Under the pieces are notes generated by a model that ran no database searches, had not been told where the DNA came from, and saw only the letters and a program-made list of their open reading frames with translations. A DNA stretch of 64,000 nt from Candidatus Izemoplasmatales bacterium (lineage in GTDB: Bacteria > Bacillota_I > Bacilli_A > Izemoplasmatales > Hujiaoplasmataceae). Shown here in pieces: positions 29,172 through 44,379 of this stretch. The DNA lies in contig JBMNEZ010000001.1 in NCBI GenBank assembly GCA_050949045.1, positions 1,024,001 to 1,088,000 of the forward strand, in the 5' to 3' direction. How positions within the stretch are numbered: position 1 is the stretch's first letter; each line of letters starts with the position of its first letter. The translations under genes and the position numbers were made by a program.

Positions 29172-31241
29172 TTAACTGCTGCGTTTGGCGATGATTTCCT
29201 CGGCAATCAACTTCGGGCACTCTTCATAATGAGAGAATTGCATTGTGTAGGTCGCCCGTCCCTGGGTATTGGAACGCAAGGAAGTCGCATAACCGAACAT
29301 CTGGCTCAAGGGGACTTTGGCAGTCACTTTCTGAGCTTTCCCCTGCGTGTCTTGAGCTTCGATCTTGCCTCTTCTTGAAGTTAGATCGGCGATCACGTTC
29401 CCAAGGTATTCTTCAGGTGTTATGGCATCGACGACCATGATCGGTTCAAGCAAAGTCGGACGGCATTTTTCCCTGGCCTGTTTGAGTGCCATCGAAGCGG
29501 CGATCTTGAAAGCCATCTCCGAGGAATCGACTTCGTGATATGAACCATCATACAAAGTTGCCTTAATGTCGAGAACCGGGTAACCGGCGATGATCCCGCC
29601 CGCCAAAGTTTCCTGTAGTCCTTTATCGACAGCGGGGATGTATTCCTTGGGAACGACACCGCCGACGATTTTGTCAACGAATTCATAGCCTTTGCCGGGA
29701 TTCGGCTCGAATTTGATCCAGACATGCCCGTATTGGCCTTTTCCGCCGGTTTGACGGACGAAACGGCCTTCGCAGTTCGCTTCTTTGCGGATCGTTTCGC
29801 GATAGGAGACTTGCGGTCTACCGACTGTTGCCTCGACTTTGAATTCCCGCCGCATTCTGTCAACGAGGATCTCAAGATGCAATTCGCCCATTCCGGAGAT
29901 AATCGTCTGACCGGTCTCGGGATTGCTGTAGGTTCTAAAGGTCGGGTCTTCCTCAGACAGTTTTTTCAGAGCAATGCCTATCTTGTCCTGATCATTCTTG
30001 GTCTTGGGCTCGATTGCGACCGAAATCACCGGTTCGGGAAACTTCATTGATTCGAGAATCACATGAATATTGTTCGAACAGAGAGTATCGCCCGTGGTAG
30101 TGTCTTTGAAGCCGATGGCCGCGGCGATATCGCCGGAATAGACCTTGTCAATTTCGGTGCGGTGATTCGCATGCATTTGCAGGATCCGCCCCAGACGCTC
30201 TTTTTTTTCTTTTGAGGTATTCACGATGTATGACCCTTTTTCGACCACTCCCGAATAAACGCGGAAGAAAGTGAGTCTACCGACAAAGGGGTCAGTCATG
30301 ACCTTGAAGGCCAAGGCGACAAATTCCTTGTCGTCGTCATGATAGACGGTGACTTCCTTGCCTTGTTTGTTGTGTCCCTTTATCTGAGGGACCTCAACCG
30401 GGCTCGGAAGATAGTCGATCACGGCATCAAGCATCAGTTTTACACCTTTGTTTTTGAAGGCTGAACCGCAGAGAACGGGAAAGAAAGTCACCGACAGGGT
30501 TGCGGCACGGATCGCTCTTTTAAGCATCTTCTCATCGATTTCCCGGCCTTCAAGGTAATTCGTCATCAATTCATCATCGAAGTCGGCGACGGCTTCGATC
30601 AGTTTTGTTCTTCTTTCGTTTACAGTTTTGCGCAAAGAAGCTGGTATTTCGACCTCCACGAAGTTCTCATCCGGTTCACCGTCGAATTCGTATGCTTTCA
30701 TCATCACGATGTCGATGATCCCACGGAAATTTTCCTCAGCGCCGATCGGCCATTGAATCGCTTCGGCCTTGGCGCCCAAACGACTGTGGATCGTTTTGAT
30801 CGATTCCTGAAAATCAGCCCCGGTTTTGTCCATTTTGTTCGCAAAGACAATACGGGGGACATGATATTCGTTCGCCTGCCTCCAGACAGATTCTGTCTGC
30901 GGTTCGACGCCGGCTTGGGCGTCGAGCACGGTTACAGCACCATCCAGCACGCGAAGGGATCTCGAAACTTCGACAGTGAAGTCGACGTGGCCAGGAGTGT
31001 CAATGATGTTCACTCTGTAATTTTTCCAGAATGCTGTAGTCGCTGCAGCAGTGATGGTAATGCCACGTTCTTGTTCTTGTTCCATCCAGTCCATTTGCGA
31101 AGCGCCATCATGCGTCTCGCCCATTTTATGGATTTTTCCCGTGTGGTACAACACCCGTTCGGTCGTGGTCGTCTTGCCGGCGTCGATATGCGCCATGATC
31201 CCGATGTTGCGGGTCTTGTCCAAACTGAATTCACGTGCCAT
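29172..31241 (-). CDS. fusA: Elongation factor G
   Basis: [25 protein letters not shown]. Confidence 0.99.
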   Translation of the reverse strand: MAREFSLDKTRNIGIMAHIDAGKTTTTERVLYHTGKIHKMGETHDGASQMDWMEQEQERGITITAAATTAFWKNYRVNIIDTPGHVDFTVEVSRSLRVLDGAVTVLDAQAGVEPQTESVWRQANEYHVPRIVFANKMDKTGADFQESIKTIHSRLGAKAEAIQWPIGAEENFRGIIDIVMMKAYEFDGEPDENFVEVEIPASLRKTVNERRTKLIEAVADFDDELMTNYLEGREIDEKMLKRAIRAATLSVTFFPVLCGSAFKNKGVKLMLDAVIDYLPSPVEVPQIKGHNKQGKEVTVYHDDDKEFVALAFKVMTDPFVGRLTFFRVYSGVVEKGSYIVNTSKEKKERLGRILQMHANHRTEIDKVYSGDIAAAIGFKDTTTGDTLCSNNIHVILESMKFPEPVISVAIEPKTKNDQDKIGIALKKLSEEDPTFRTYSNPETGQTIISGMGELHLEILVDRMRREFKVEATVGRPQVSYRETIRKEANCEGRFVRQTGGKGQYGHVWIKFEPNPGKGYEFVDKIVGGVVPKEYIPAVDKGLQETLAGGIIAGYPVLDIKATLYDGSYHEVDSSEMAFKIAASMALKQAREKCRPTLLEPIMVVDAITPEEYLGNVIADLTSRRGKIEAQDTQGKAQKVTAKVPLSQMFGYATSLRSNTQGRATYTMQFSHYEECPKLIAEEIIAKRSS

Positions 31242-31264
31242 AACTTTTTATCCTTTCTTAATGA

Positions 31265-31735
31265 TTAGAAACGGTAGTGCGCGAATGCTCTGTTGGCTTC
31301 AGCCATCTTGTGCATGTCTTCGCGTTTCTTGACCGAGGCTCCTGTGCCGTTTGCGGCATCAATGATCTCTCTGGCTAAGCGTTCCTCCATCGTTTTTTCG
31401 TGACGGGACCGGGAATATTGAACCAACCATCTGAGTCCCAGTGTTACCCGACGGTCGCTGCGGACTTCGCTTGGAACCTGATAGTTCTGGCCGCCGATCC
31501 GGCGACTTCTGACTTCAAGGGAAGGCATGATGTTGTTGAGGGCTTCATTGAACACTTCCAGAGGTTCTTTTCCCGTTTGTTCTCTAACGCGTTCAAATGC
31601 GTTATATAGTATGTTTTGCGCAAGGTTTTTCTTGCCTTGGGTCATGATGTTGTTGATCAACTTGGTAACTAGTTTTGAGTTGTAGATCGGATCCGGTAAA
31701 ACATCCCTTTTGACAACTCTTGCTTTGCGAGGCAT
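31265..31735 (-). CDS. rpsG: 30S ribosomal protein S7
   Basis: LPDPIYNS...[15 protein letters not shown]...ANRAFAHYR. Confidence 0.99.
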   Translation of the reverse strand: MPRKARVVKRDVLPDPIYNSKLVTKLINNIMTQGKKNLAQNILYNAFERVREQTGKEPLEVFNEALNNIMPSLEVRSRRIGGQNYQVPSEVRSDRRVTLGLRWLVQYSRSRHEKTMEERLAREIIDAANGTGASVKKREDMHKMAEANRAFAHYRF

Positions 31736-31792
31736 AAGGCGTCTCCTCCTTTCAAAATGTTGTTATATGTGAAACAACCTTATCTGACCTGC

Positions 31793-32215
31793 TTATTTTT
31801 TTGCCGGAGCCGGTCTTTTCGCTCCATACTTGGAACGGCCTTGTTTCCTATCTTGAACAGCAGTCGTATCCAATGTCCCGCGGATAATGTGATAACGAAC
31901 ACCAGGTAGGTCTTTCACACGTCCGCCACGAATCAGAACAACACTGTGTTCTTGCAGTTTGTGGCCAATGCCGGGAATATACGCGTTCACTTCGCCACCG
32001 TTTGATAACCGGACACGGGCATATTTCCGCAAAGCGGAATTCGGTTTCTTCGGTGTCAAAGTCGCAACACGGACACAGACACCGCGCTTTTGTGGACTGG
32101 GAAGGTTTGTATAGCGCTTTTTGAGGCTGTTGAAGCCGATGTTGAGTTGCGGCGCTTTCGATTTCTTGACTTTGTCCTGACGGCCCTGTTTGATCAATTG
32201 GTTGATAGTAGGCAT
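31793..32215 (-). CDS. rpsL: 30S ribosomal protein S12
   Basis: MPTINQL...[11 protein letters not shown]...[11 protein letters not shown]. Confidence 0.99.
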   Translation of the reverse strand: MPTINQLIKQGRQDKVKKSKAPQLNIGFNSLKKRYTNLPSPQKRGVCVRVATLTPKKPNSALRKYARVRLSNGGEVNAYIPGIGHKLQEHSVVLIRGGRVKDLPGVRYHIIRGTLDTTAVQDRKQGRSKYGAKRPAPAKK

Positions 32216-32321
32216 TTTGATTTCCTCCTTTCATACCCACACACCCGGGAGGTGCGTTTGTCTCATTTTTATAAGGTTGACAGGCAACCTCGAGATGATG
32301 ATTATTTTCACAGCATTATGT

Positions 32322-32350
32322 ATTATACACTACGATACTAGGTGTGTCAA
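32322..32350 (-). promoter_or_regulatory. Consensus sigma-A promoter for the rpsL operon
   Basis: TTGACA-17nt-TATAAT. Confidence 0.85.
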
Positions 32351-32388
32351 TCACAATATTTCAGACTTTTTTCGAGATTCCATTTCAT

Positions 32389-32416
32389 AAAAAACCGCGG
32401 TCATTCCGCGGCTTTT
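32389..32416 (-). terminator. rRNA operon terminator
   Basis: ccgcgg/ccgcgg stem flanked by A/T runs. Confidence 0.75.
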
Positions 32417-32424
32417 ATAAGAAA

Positions 32425-32537
32425 GCAGTCAAATACAGTCTTTACTCTTGCGTTCAAACACTATCAACGGCGCTGAAGTGCTTAACTGCTGTGTTCGGGA
32501 TGGGAACAGGTGTGTCCACTTCGCCATCGTCACCGGA
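32425..32537 (-). rRNA. rrf: 5S rRNA; 5' ~70 nt canonical, 3' part degenerate
   Basis: UCCGGUGACGAUGGCGAAGUGGACACACCUGUUCCCAUCCCGAACACAGCAGUUAAGCACUUCAGCGCCG is canonical. The downstream sequence cannot pair with the 5' end. The 3' boundary is approximate. Confidence 0.8.
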
Positions 32538-32582
32538 CCATCTTTCAAAACTGGATATACTGCATTGCGTTGATCGCGTGCA

Positions 32583-35422
<2,840 letters not shown>

Positions 35423-35569
35423 TGCTGCAGTATTATCCACTTTTCAAAGACCTTCTTACTTCATCAGAAAAACTTGTCCGTAAACAAGTCTCTCAAAACC
35501 GAACAGATCGACAATAGCTCCGCTGAGCTTCCCCCTCAGCTTGTTTTCTTCCTATCGGATTTCTCCCTA

Positions 35570-37101
<1,532 letters not shown>

Positions 37102-37149
37102 TATTATCTGAATTGTTTGTTCTTTCTCAATATGTTGTCCTTTTTATTC

Positions 37150-37183
37150 GTCTATCGTCTATCTGTTCAGTTTTCAAAGACCT
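37150..37183 (-). promoter_or_regulatory. rrn leader boxA-like element / 16S processing stalk
   Basis: GGUCUUUGAAAACUGAACAGAUAGAC pairs with GUCGAUCUGUUCGGUUUUGAGAGAC after 16S. An analogous pair flanks 23S (35425-35452 with 32540-32563). Confidence 0.65.
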
Positions 37184-37219
37184 GTTTCCCTAGCCCTGCG
37201 ATTTCTCGCGTGCTAAATC

Positions 37220-37248
37220 ATTTTATCATAACGATAGTGTGGTATCAA
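37220..37248 (-). promoter_or_regulatory. rRNA operon promoter
   Basis: TTGATA-17nt-TAAAAT with a TG extension. Confidence 0.7.
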
Positions 37249-37464
37249 CGATTCTTGATCGCAAATGAAATATATATTACCCGCCAAAAAAAGAGATTAT
37301 AAAATAACCTCTTAACACGAACAATATTCCGTAGAAAATTCAAACAACGATGAACATCAAAGAGTTACATAAACAATCAAAATGCGTGGATGATGATTCA
37401 TCGGATATATTTCCGGTAGCGAAACAAGCATCGTCTTCATCGGACCGTGTGTATGATGATTGGA

Positions 37465-38613
37465 TCATTCATCAGAATTGGCCGTGGTAGTGAAACTATA
37501 ATAGTCGAGTTTTGAATACACAGACCAGTCCATGTCTTCTCTGATGTTGTCATATCCTAACCAAAATGCTTCTTCCATTAGTTGATTATCATCCTCGTTT
37601 ATCGAAAACACAATCTCAACTTCAAAAGGTGTTGAAGCATCATTTGTATATGGATAATATAGATAGTTCCAGATAATGAAATATGTGAAATACTCACTGT
37701 AATCTTGGAATAGAGACATGTCAAAGTCCTTCGTCTTGTACTCAACTCGTGAAACAAAATTCCTCTGCAATTCATGTGGCGTCGTGTTGCCAAAGATAGC
37801 GTAATCAAGATATTGCAGCGTTGAAGGGAATGAAATTGAGGTAAGTCGACTGTTGGAAAATACGGATCTTCCCAGTGATATCAACCCTTCCGGCAAGACC
37901 AATTCCCCCTCCAGACCGGAACAACTAAATGCTCCGCCATCGATCATTTTTATGCTCTCGGGAATATTGATGGATGTGTTTTTTGTATCATAAAAAGCGC
38001 AACTATGAATTTCTTCGACTGAATCGGGAAGGATAATTTCACCAAAATTAGTTCCTGCCATTGCATATGCCCCAATGATTTTGATTGAGGCTGGTATTCT
38101 GATGGTCTTTCCTTCTTTCTTGGGATTAGCAACCCAAACGAGTTTTGTCTTGTCTTTCGATGTCACCGCTTTATGAAATCCGATTGTCGTTGCTTTCAAA
38201 TGCTTGTGATCTCTGGGAATCTTGATGTCAACGCTCGAAAGTATCCATGTTAGAGCAGACCCGATGTCTTCGATCTCCTTGGGCACTCTGAATTCCTTCA
38301 GATTTACAAGACAGCCAATTGCGTCCTTTTCAATAGATGTCATCGTATCTGGAAGCGATAAAGAGACAATGTCCGTATACTTGTTGTGAAATGCAGAGGA
38401 TGTTATTGTTGTCACAGGCAATCCCAGATAGGAAGAAGGCACCACAACATCAAGAGATTCTCCCGTGTAATCAACGACAGCGTATCCTGTTCCATCTTCT
38501 ATAAGTTCATACACGAGACCCTCGGTGGGTAATTCAACTTTCCTGCAGCCAAAAGAGACGAGCAAAAGAAGCATTACTGAGAAGAATGTCAATACTCTGT
38601 TGATTATCTTCAT
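37465..38613 (-). CDS. Lipoprotein with BspA-type leucine-rich repeats (LRR_5-like)
   Basis: ATG 38613 after AAGGAG; lipobox VSFGC; repeats LSLPDTMTSIEKDAI, IPASIKIIGAYAM, LPDSVEEIHSCAF, IPESIKMIDGGAF, LPEGLISLGRSVF. Confidence 0.85.
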   Translation of the reverse strand: MKIINRVLTFFSVMLLLLVSFGCRKVELPTEGLVYELIEDGTGYAVVDYTGESLDVVVPSSYLGLPVTTITSSAFHNKYTDIVSLSLPDTMTSIEKDAIGCLVNLKEFRVPKEIEDIGSALTWILSSVDIKIPRDHKHLKATTIGFHKAVTSKDKTKLVWVANPKKEGKTIRIPASIKIIGAYAMAGTNFGEIILPDSVEEIHSCAFYDTKNTSINIPESIKMIDGGAFSCSGLEGELVLPEGLISLGRSVFSNSRLTSISFPSTLQYLDYAIFGNTTPHELQRNFVSRVEYKTKDFDMSLFQDYSEYFTYFIIWNYLYYPYTNDASTPFEVEIVFSINEDDNQLMEEAFWLGYDNIREDMDWSVYSKLDYYSFTTTANSDE

Positions 38614-38626
38614 AACATCACTCTCC

Positions 38627-40408
38627 TTAATCGTCAATTTGAATGGCAAGATAGATAGCGTCACCAATACAAGCGTCATAAATTGGAATCCCAGGACGGT
38701 TTCTTAGAAGCCAAATCGTATCTAGTGGATCAACAGAACCTGCACATAATACCCAAGAATCTTCTGAAGGTAGTTTCTGAGCCCAATGTCCGTTAGGCAA
38801 TTGCATAATAAAGTGATAGGAATAAGGTTTGTTATCAAGAGGATCATATAATACTCGCATTCCTATTCTATACTCATTAGAATATATTGTGGAGTTGAAT
38901 GCATCAAGTACTCGATACTCTATTCCCCAATTGTTCAGATCAACTATAACATTGTTAAGTATTGCGGTGACATTATAGTAGGGGCTTCCGATTCCATTAG
39001 GATTTGGAGCTTGATCTATTCCTAAAGCAAATCCGTAACAGTTCATGTTTGTGCTTGTTTCTGGGGTATACCAGTTGCCGTAGGTAACCTCAAGAATTGG
39101 AGATGAAGAACTTTCCGACGAATAGAACGACACGTTGTTTCTGGTCGGTATGTATTTTGGATATAAACGATATCGAAGGCTAACTATTTCAGCTTTCTTT
39201 TTTTTGTATACTTCTCCTGTAATATCAAAGGAAATTGTGGAACCGACAGCAACTGATGTTTGGTAGGAAACTACGTAATTTGAATTTCCATTCAAAGAAG
39301 TGTATGACCCTGGTGTGTTAGATATCTCTTGAACAAAAACACTGCTGGAGTACATACTTGTGCTCCGCCTGGTAATATAAACCTTTATCGAATCAATAGT
39401 ATATCCTGGGTAACTATCAAGTTCGTCATACACATAATCATAAATGTTGTACGTGTTGAGATTAAGCACCGAGAACATCAAGGTATAGTCATAATCATCA
39501 TCAATGATCATTGTTTCATCGTACATAACATTCAACCTGCTGTTATCAACACAATAATCTGAGCCAACCATGCAATATTTGTCCTGAATAAAGTTACTAG
39601 AACTGTTCATAGTATATGTCACGGTGGGATCGATTTCAACTGGATACTTGATATTCTCATTCTTCAGCCAAGAAGCGCTCGGTGTGATAGTGAAAAGGAA
39701 TTCATTATCTGACACTTCCTGATACAGAACAGCGATTTCGTACGAGTACAGCCCTTGTTGATCATACATATAGAATGGTTCAATCTCAAACACACAATCA
39801 CCGTCTTCATTCTCAAGTTGGAACAGACCATCCTCTTTTTTGGTCAACTCCAAATTATCCAGTTTGAGAAGATACTCAAAACTAAAACCCTCTTGGTATG
39901 ATTTAAGGACTAATGTTTCCTTAAATTGACTCGATCGGATATCAAATACCAAATCAATATCATCAAATATATCCTTGTAGTTAATTCTGCTTTCGGTGTT
40001 TTCAGCGAATTTTGGTCCAACACTGTTGGTTATTTCACCTTTTGAACGGGAAATATCCAAGTATGTAATGCTAAATGATGATTTCATGTAAGATACTGAA
40101 ACACTCTTTTTTTCGTTTATGCTGCGTGGTAATTTGACTATGTAGTCGCTATGCTGTGTCGTATGATAACCCGAAAACAAGGTGCTTTTTAGAGAGTTAT
40201 CGATTTCTTCATACTCCCCTTCTTCATTCATAAAGAAGACATCTTCTTCATACAGGTATGATCTAAGATTGCCTTTCTCATCAATCAAAGTTTTGACCGC
40301 TGAGTGTTTGGGCGATAACACATCATACTCGGGCATTAGTGACGCATTAACCGTAGTTCCAATTAGACAAGGAAACACTAGCAGAAACAGGAAAAGTACT
40401 TTTTTCAT
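38627..40408 (-). CDS. Secreted protein with WapA-like/DNRLRE-like N-terminal module and C-terminal putative papain-fold Cys-His domain
   Basis: ATG 40408 after GAGGAGGT; signal peptide MKKVLFLFLLVFPCLIGTTVNA; EEIDNSL, FKETLVL, PFYMYDQ, YPVEIDPT, FDITGEV, FYSSES; C-terminal NMNCYGFAL...YHFIMQLPNGHWAQK. Confidence 0.75.
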   Translation of the reverse strand: MKKVLFLFLLVFPCLIGTTVNASLMPEYDVLSPKHSAVKTLIDEKGNLRSYLYEEDVFFMNEEGEYEEIDNSLKSTLFSGYHTTQHSDYIVKLPRSINEKKSVSVSYMKSSFSITYLDISRSKGEITNSVGPKFAENTESRINYKDIFDDIDLVFDIRSSQFKETLVLKSYQEGFSFEYLLKLDNLELTKKEDGLFQLENEDGDCVFEIEPFYMYDQQGLYSYEIAVLYQEVSDNEFLFTITPSASWLKNENIKYPVEIDPTVTYTMNSSSNFIQDKYCMVGSDYCVDNSRLNVMYDETMIIDDDYDYTLMFSVLNLNTYNIYDYVYDELDSYPGYTIDSIKVYITRRSTSMYSSSVFVQEISNTPGSYTSLNGNSNYVVSYQTSVAVGSTISFDITGEVYKKKKAEIVSLRYRLYPKYIPTRNNVSFYSSESSSSPILEVTYGNWYTPETSTNMNCYGFALGIDQAPNPNGIGSPYYNVTAILNNVIVDLNNWGIEYRVLDAFNSTIYSNEYRIGMRVLYDPLDNKPYSYHFIMQLPNGHWAQKLPSEDSWVLCAGSVDPLDTIWLLRNRPGIPIYDACIGDAIYLAIQIDD

Positions 40409-40649
40409 AAATACCTCCTCATAAAAACTTTTACAAAAAAAGATATACCTCGAAGGCATATCATCATTGACAGATCCCGTTTATCCACTTATATGCAATT
40501 GGTCAATATTGCCTTCAAATATTCAACTTGATATAATTGACTTAGAATTCAATTATAATGACAAATTATTATAATAAATGTACACAAAATTACTTTGTAC
40601 CCATTTTATATCACAAATATTGGTCATTATACATGATTTCTCTGAATGT

Positions 40650-40689
40650 AAAAAAACGGCACTACCAAGCAATCATTGGTAATGCCGTC
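40650..40689 (-). terminator. Intrinsic terminator after rpoC
   Basis: acggcactaccaa/ttggtaatgccgt stem plus T-run on the minus strand. Confidence 0.75.
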
Positions 40690-40734
40690 TATTGGTTGAT
40701 TGGAAAGCGGGATGATTTGTTATCTTAGCAGTAA

Positions 40735-43700
40735 TTATTCTTCGAAATCGGCGTATGGATCTTCTTCTTCCTCCGGAGCTTCGTATTCGAAGGATTTGTG
40801 CCTTAGAATCCCGGTACCGGCAGGAATCAGCCCGCCGATAATGACATTTTCCTTGAGCCCTAGCAAGAAATCGCTCTTGCCCCTGATCGAGGCGTCCGTG
40901 AGAACTCTTGTTGTCTCTTGGAATGAAGCTGCCGAGAGGAACGATTCCGAGCGGAGGGAGGCTTTGGTGATCCCCAAGAGAACAGGCTTGGCGACCGCAG
41001 GCCGTTTGCCTTCGGCGAAAACTTTTTTGTTGGCTTCTATGAACTCGTTGAGCGAGATCTGGGAACCGGGCAGGAGATCAGTGTCGCCTTCTAGCACAAT
41101 ATTGACGCGTCTCGTCATCTGCCTGATGATGATTTCGATGTGTTTGTCGGATATTTCAACAGCCTGGGAGCGGTAAACCTTTTGTACTTCTTTCAAGATA
41201 TACTGCTGAACCGTCGACATATCGGTAACCCTCAGCAATTCCTTAGGATCGATGGCCCCCTCTGTGAGTTGCATACCCGCAGTGACCTTGTCGCCTTTCT
41301 TGACGAGCGATGGGACATTGCTGTTGGTTTCATAGCTTTTGGTCTCGTCCTCGTTTTTAATCACAATCAGGAACCGCTCATCGATCGGAGACACTTCATC
41401 GACTTCGCCGTTGATTTCGGAGATGATCGCTTTCACTTTGGACTTGCGCGCCTCGAAGAGTTCCTGGACCCGCGGAAGGCCCTGAGTGATATCGTCGCCG
41501 GCGACGCCGCCGGTATGGAAGGTTCTCATCGTAAGCTGGGTTCCGGGTTCGCCGATCGATTGCGCGGCGATCGTGCCAACGGATTCACCGACTTCGGCGC
41601 GTTCGCCGGTCGCGAGGTTCTGACCATAACACTTGCGGCAGATACCTACTCTGGAAGTGCAGGTGAGCGCGGTTCTGATTGGTACGGAAATATCGCGGAC
41701 ATCGGCCGGGTTTTCAGGATTGACGGCCGAAGCGACGATGGCCTTGGCGATATCTTCGGAAATATATTTGTCCTTTTTCACAAGCACTTCGCCGGTGAAG
41801 GGGTGAACATAATCGGCTGAGGCATAGCGACCTTGGATCCGTTCCTGAAGCGTCTCGATCGGTTTTCCGTCACGATCAAGGATCGGTTTGACCCTGACGC
41901 CCTTATCGGTACCGCAATCTTCTTCGGTGATGACGACATCTTGGCTGACATCGACCAGTCTGCGGGTCAGATAACCGGATTCCGCCGTTTTAAGCGCTGT
42001 GTCGGTCGACCCTTTTCTGGCACCATGGGTGGAGTTGAAGAACTCGCTCATCGTGAGCCCTTCGCGGAATGAAGCCTTGATCGGCAATTCAATGATCCCG
42101 CCGGTGGGGTTGGCCATCAAGCCGCGCATACCGGCAAGCTGAGTAAAGTTCGAAATATTGCCTCGAGCTCCGGAGTCCGACATCATGAAGACATGGTTTT
42201 CGCTGTCTAGTTCTTCGACCAGCCCTTTTTGGATCTCATCCTTGGCATTCGCCCATTCCTGGATGACAAGTTTGGATCTTTCAGAGTCCGTCAAAAGTCC
42301 CATGTTGTACATTTCGGTGATTTCATCGACCGTCTTGTCATGATGATCAAGCACTTCTTGTTTCTTGGAATAGACCGTGATGTCACTGGCAGCGACGGTG
42401 ATGCCGGCAATAGTCGAATATTTGAAGCCGATATTTTTCATCTTGTCGAGCATTTTTGACGTTTCATTGATCTTGTATTTGGCAAAAATCTGAGCGATGA
42501 TCATACTCAGAAACTTCTTCTTGAAGGGTGAAACCAGTTTCTTTTCTTTGATAATTGCGGGGATATTCTCTCCCGGCGCGATGAAATAGGCATTCGGAGT
42601 AGCCTCTTCAAGGTTTTCCTTCGTTGGTTCGTTGATATAGGGAAAAGTCTCCGGCAGGATCGTGTTAAAAATCAATTTTCCCGGAGTGGTGATCAGAAAA
42701 TGGTTGTTGTACTGTGGATCGAGAGGTCTTCCGAGCGAAGAGGCCGGAACGGCGATCCGAGAGTGGAGGGTCACGTATTTGTTCTCATAAGCCATGATGA
42801 CTTCATTATAGTCTTTATAAACAAATCCTTCGCCGATCTCCCCTTGCTTTTCCATGGTCAGGTAATAATTGCCAAGGACCATATCCTGTGACGGGGTAAC
42901 GACCGGTTTTCCATCTTTGGGATTGAGGATATTGTTTGAGGCAAGCATCAAAACCCTGGCTTCGGCCTGGGCTTCTTCGGAAAGCGGCACATGCACAGCC
43001 ATCTGGTCGCCGTCAAAGTCGGCATTAAATGCCGTCGTGACGAGCGGATGCAAACGGATGGCTTTGCCTTCAACGAGTTTCGGTTCGAAAGCTTGAATGC
43101 CGAGGCGGTGCAGCGTCGGAGCGCGGTTCAAAAGTACCGGATGTTCCTGAATAACGTCTTCAAGGACGGGCCAAATTCGTGAATCCAGTGTCTCAATCAG
43201 CCGTTTTGCCGTTTTGATGTTGGAAGTGATCGAGCGGCTGATCAGCTCACGGATAACAAAAGGCTTGAAAAGGATGATTGCCATTTCCTTAGGCAATCCA
43301 CATTGGTACATCTCAAGATCGGGACCGACGACGATAACCGAACGTCCGGAATAGTCGACCCGCTTACCGAGCAGGTTCTGACGGAAGCGGCCTTGTTTTC
43401 CCCGAAGCATGTCGGAGAGTGATTTCAGAGCGCGGTTCCGTTCGACGACAACTTTGCGACCGCGTTTGGAGTTATCAATCAAAGCGTCAACAGCTTCTTG
43501 GAGCATCCGTTTTTCGTTCTTGGTGATCAAATGCGGAGCGCCCTGTTCATATTGACGTTTGAGACGGTTGTTCCGGTTCAAAATCCGCCGATACAAATCA
43601 TTGAGATCGGTGGTCGCGAACCGGCCGCCGTCGAGTTGAACCATCGGCCGGAGATCGGGTGGGATGACCGGAAACACCTCAAGGACCATCCATTCCGGCT

Positions 43701-44361
43701 TATTGTCGCTGTTTTTGAATGCTTCAACGACATTCAGGCGCTTGATGATCTTGTCGCGTCTTTGTTTGGACGCGGTTTTGAGTTCAATTCTAAGGTTGCG
43801 CACCTCTTTTTCAAGATCGAGTTTCTTTAGCAGGTGCTTGACGGCTTCGGCTCCGGTCAGAGCCCGGAAGCGATTGCCATATTCAAAGTAATAGTGGGTG
43901 TAATCAGCTTCGGAAAGGATCTGCTTGAATTCCAGATCGGTATCACCGGGATCGACCACGATATAAGAAGCGAGATAAACGACTTCTTCAAGATCCTTGG
44001 CCTTGAGATCGAGCAAGATGGCGAGTCTTGATGGTGTATTGCGAAGGTACCAAGTATGAACTACCGGAGCCGCAAGTTCGATATGTCCCATTCTCTCGCG
44101 GCGGACTTTGCTCTCGATGTATTCGACGCCGCAAACAGGGCATTTCTTGCCCGGGTGAGTGGTGCGTTTGGATTTGTTGGAACAAGCGCATTGATAATCC
44201 TTGGTCGGGCCAAAGATCACTTCGCAGAACAAACCGTCTTTTTCGGGTTTGAGCGTACGATAATTGATCGTCTCGTGTTTCTTGACTTCACCGTATGACC
44301 AACTGCGGATTTCTTCGGGAGAGGCGAGACGGATCTTCAGATGGGAATACTTCTGACTCAT
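40735..44361 (-). CDS. rpoC: RNA polymerase beta' subunit
   Basis: [19 protein letters not shown]-terminal Zn finger. Confidence 0.99.
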   Translation of the reverse strand: MSQKYSHLKIRLASPEEIRSWSYGEVKKHETINYRTLKPEKDGLFCEVIFGPTKDYQCACSNKSKRTTHPGKKCPVCGVEYIESKVRRERMGHIELAAPVVHTWYLRNTPSRLAILLDLKAKDLEEVVYLASYIVVDPGDTDLEFKQILSEADYTHYYFEYGNRFRALTGAEAVKHLLKKLDLEKEVRNLRIELKTASKQRRDKIIKRLNVVEAFKNSDNKPEWMVLEVFPVIPPDLRPMVQLDGGRFATTDLNDLYRRILNRNNRLKRQYEQGAPHLITKNEKRMLQEAVDALIDNSKRGRKVVVERNRALKSLSDMLRGKQGRFRQNLLGKRVDYSGRSVIVVGPDLEMYQCGLPKEMAIILFKPFVIRELISRSITSNIKTAKRLIETLDSRIWPVLEDVIQEHPVLLNRAPTLHRLGIQAFEPKLVEGKAIRLHPLVTTAFNADFDGDQMAVHVPLSEEAQAEARVLMLASNNILNPKDGKPVVTPSQDMVLGNYYLTMEKQGEIGEGFVYKDYNEVIMAYENKYVTLHSRIAVPASSLGRPLDPQYNNHFLITTPGKLIFNTILPETFPYINEPTKENLEEATPNAYFIAPGENIPAIIKEKKLVSPFKKKFLSMIIAQIFAKYKINETSKMLDKMKNIGFKYSTIAGITVAASDITVYSKKQEVLDHHDKTVDEITEMYNMGLLTDSERSKLVIQEWANAKDEIQKGLVEELDSENHVFMMSDSGARGNISNFTQLAGMRGLMANPTGGIIELPIKASFREGLTMSEFFNSTHGARKGSTDTALKTAESGYLTRRLVDVSQDVVITEEDCGTDKGVRVKPILDRDGKPIETLQERIQGRYASADYVHPFTGEVLVKKDKYISEDIAKAIVASAVNPENPADVRDISVPIRTALTCTSRVGICRKCYGQNLATGERAEVGESVGTIAAQSIGEPGTQLTMRTFHTGGVAGDDITQGLPRVQELFEARKSKVKAIISEINGEVDEVSPIDERFLIVIKNEDETKSYETNSNVPSLVKKGDKVTAGMQLTEGAIDPKELLRVTDMSTVQQYILKEVQKVYRSQAVEISDKHIEIIIRQMTRRVNIVLEGDTDLLPGSQISLNEFIEANKKVFAEGKRPAVAKPVLLGITKASLRSESFLSAASFQETTRVLTDASIRGKSDFLLGLKENVIIGGLIPAGTGILRHKSFEYEAPEEEEDPYADFEE

Positions 44362-44379
44362 TTTTTGACCTCCCCTTTC

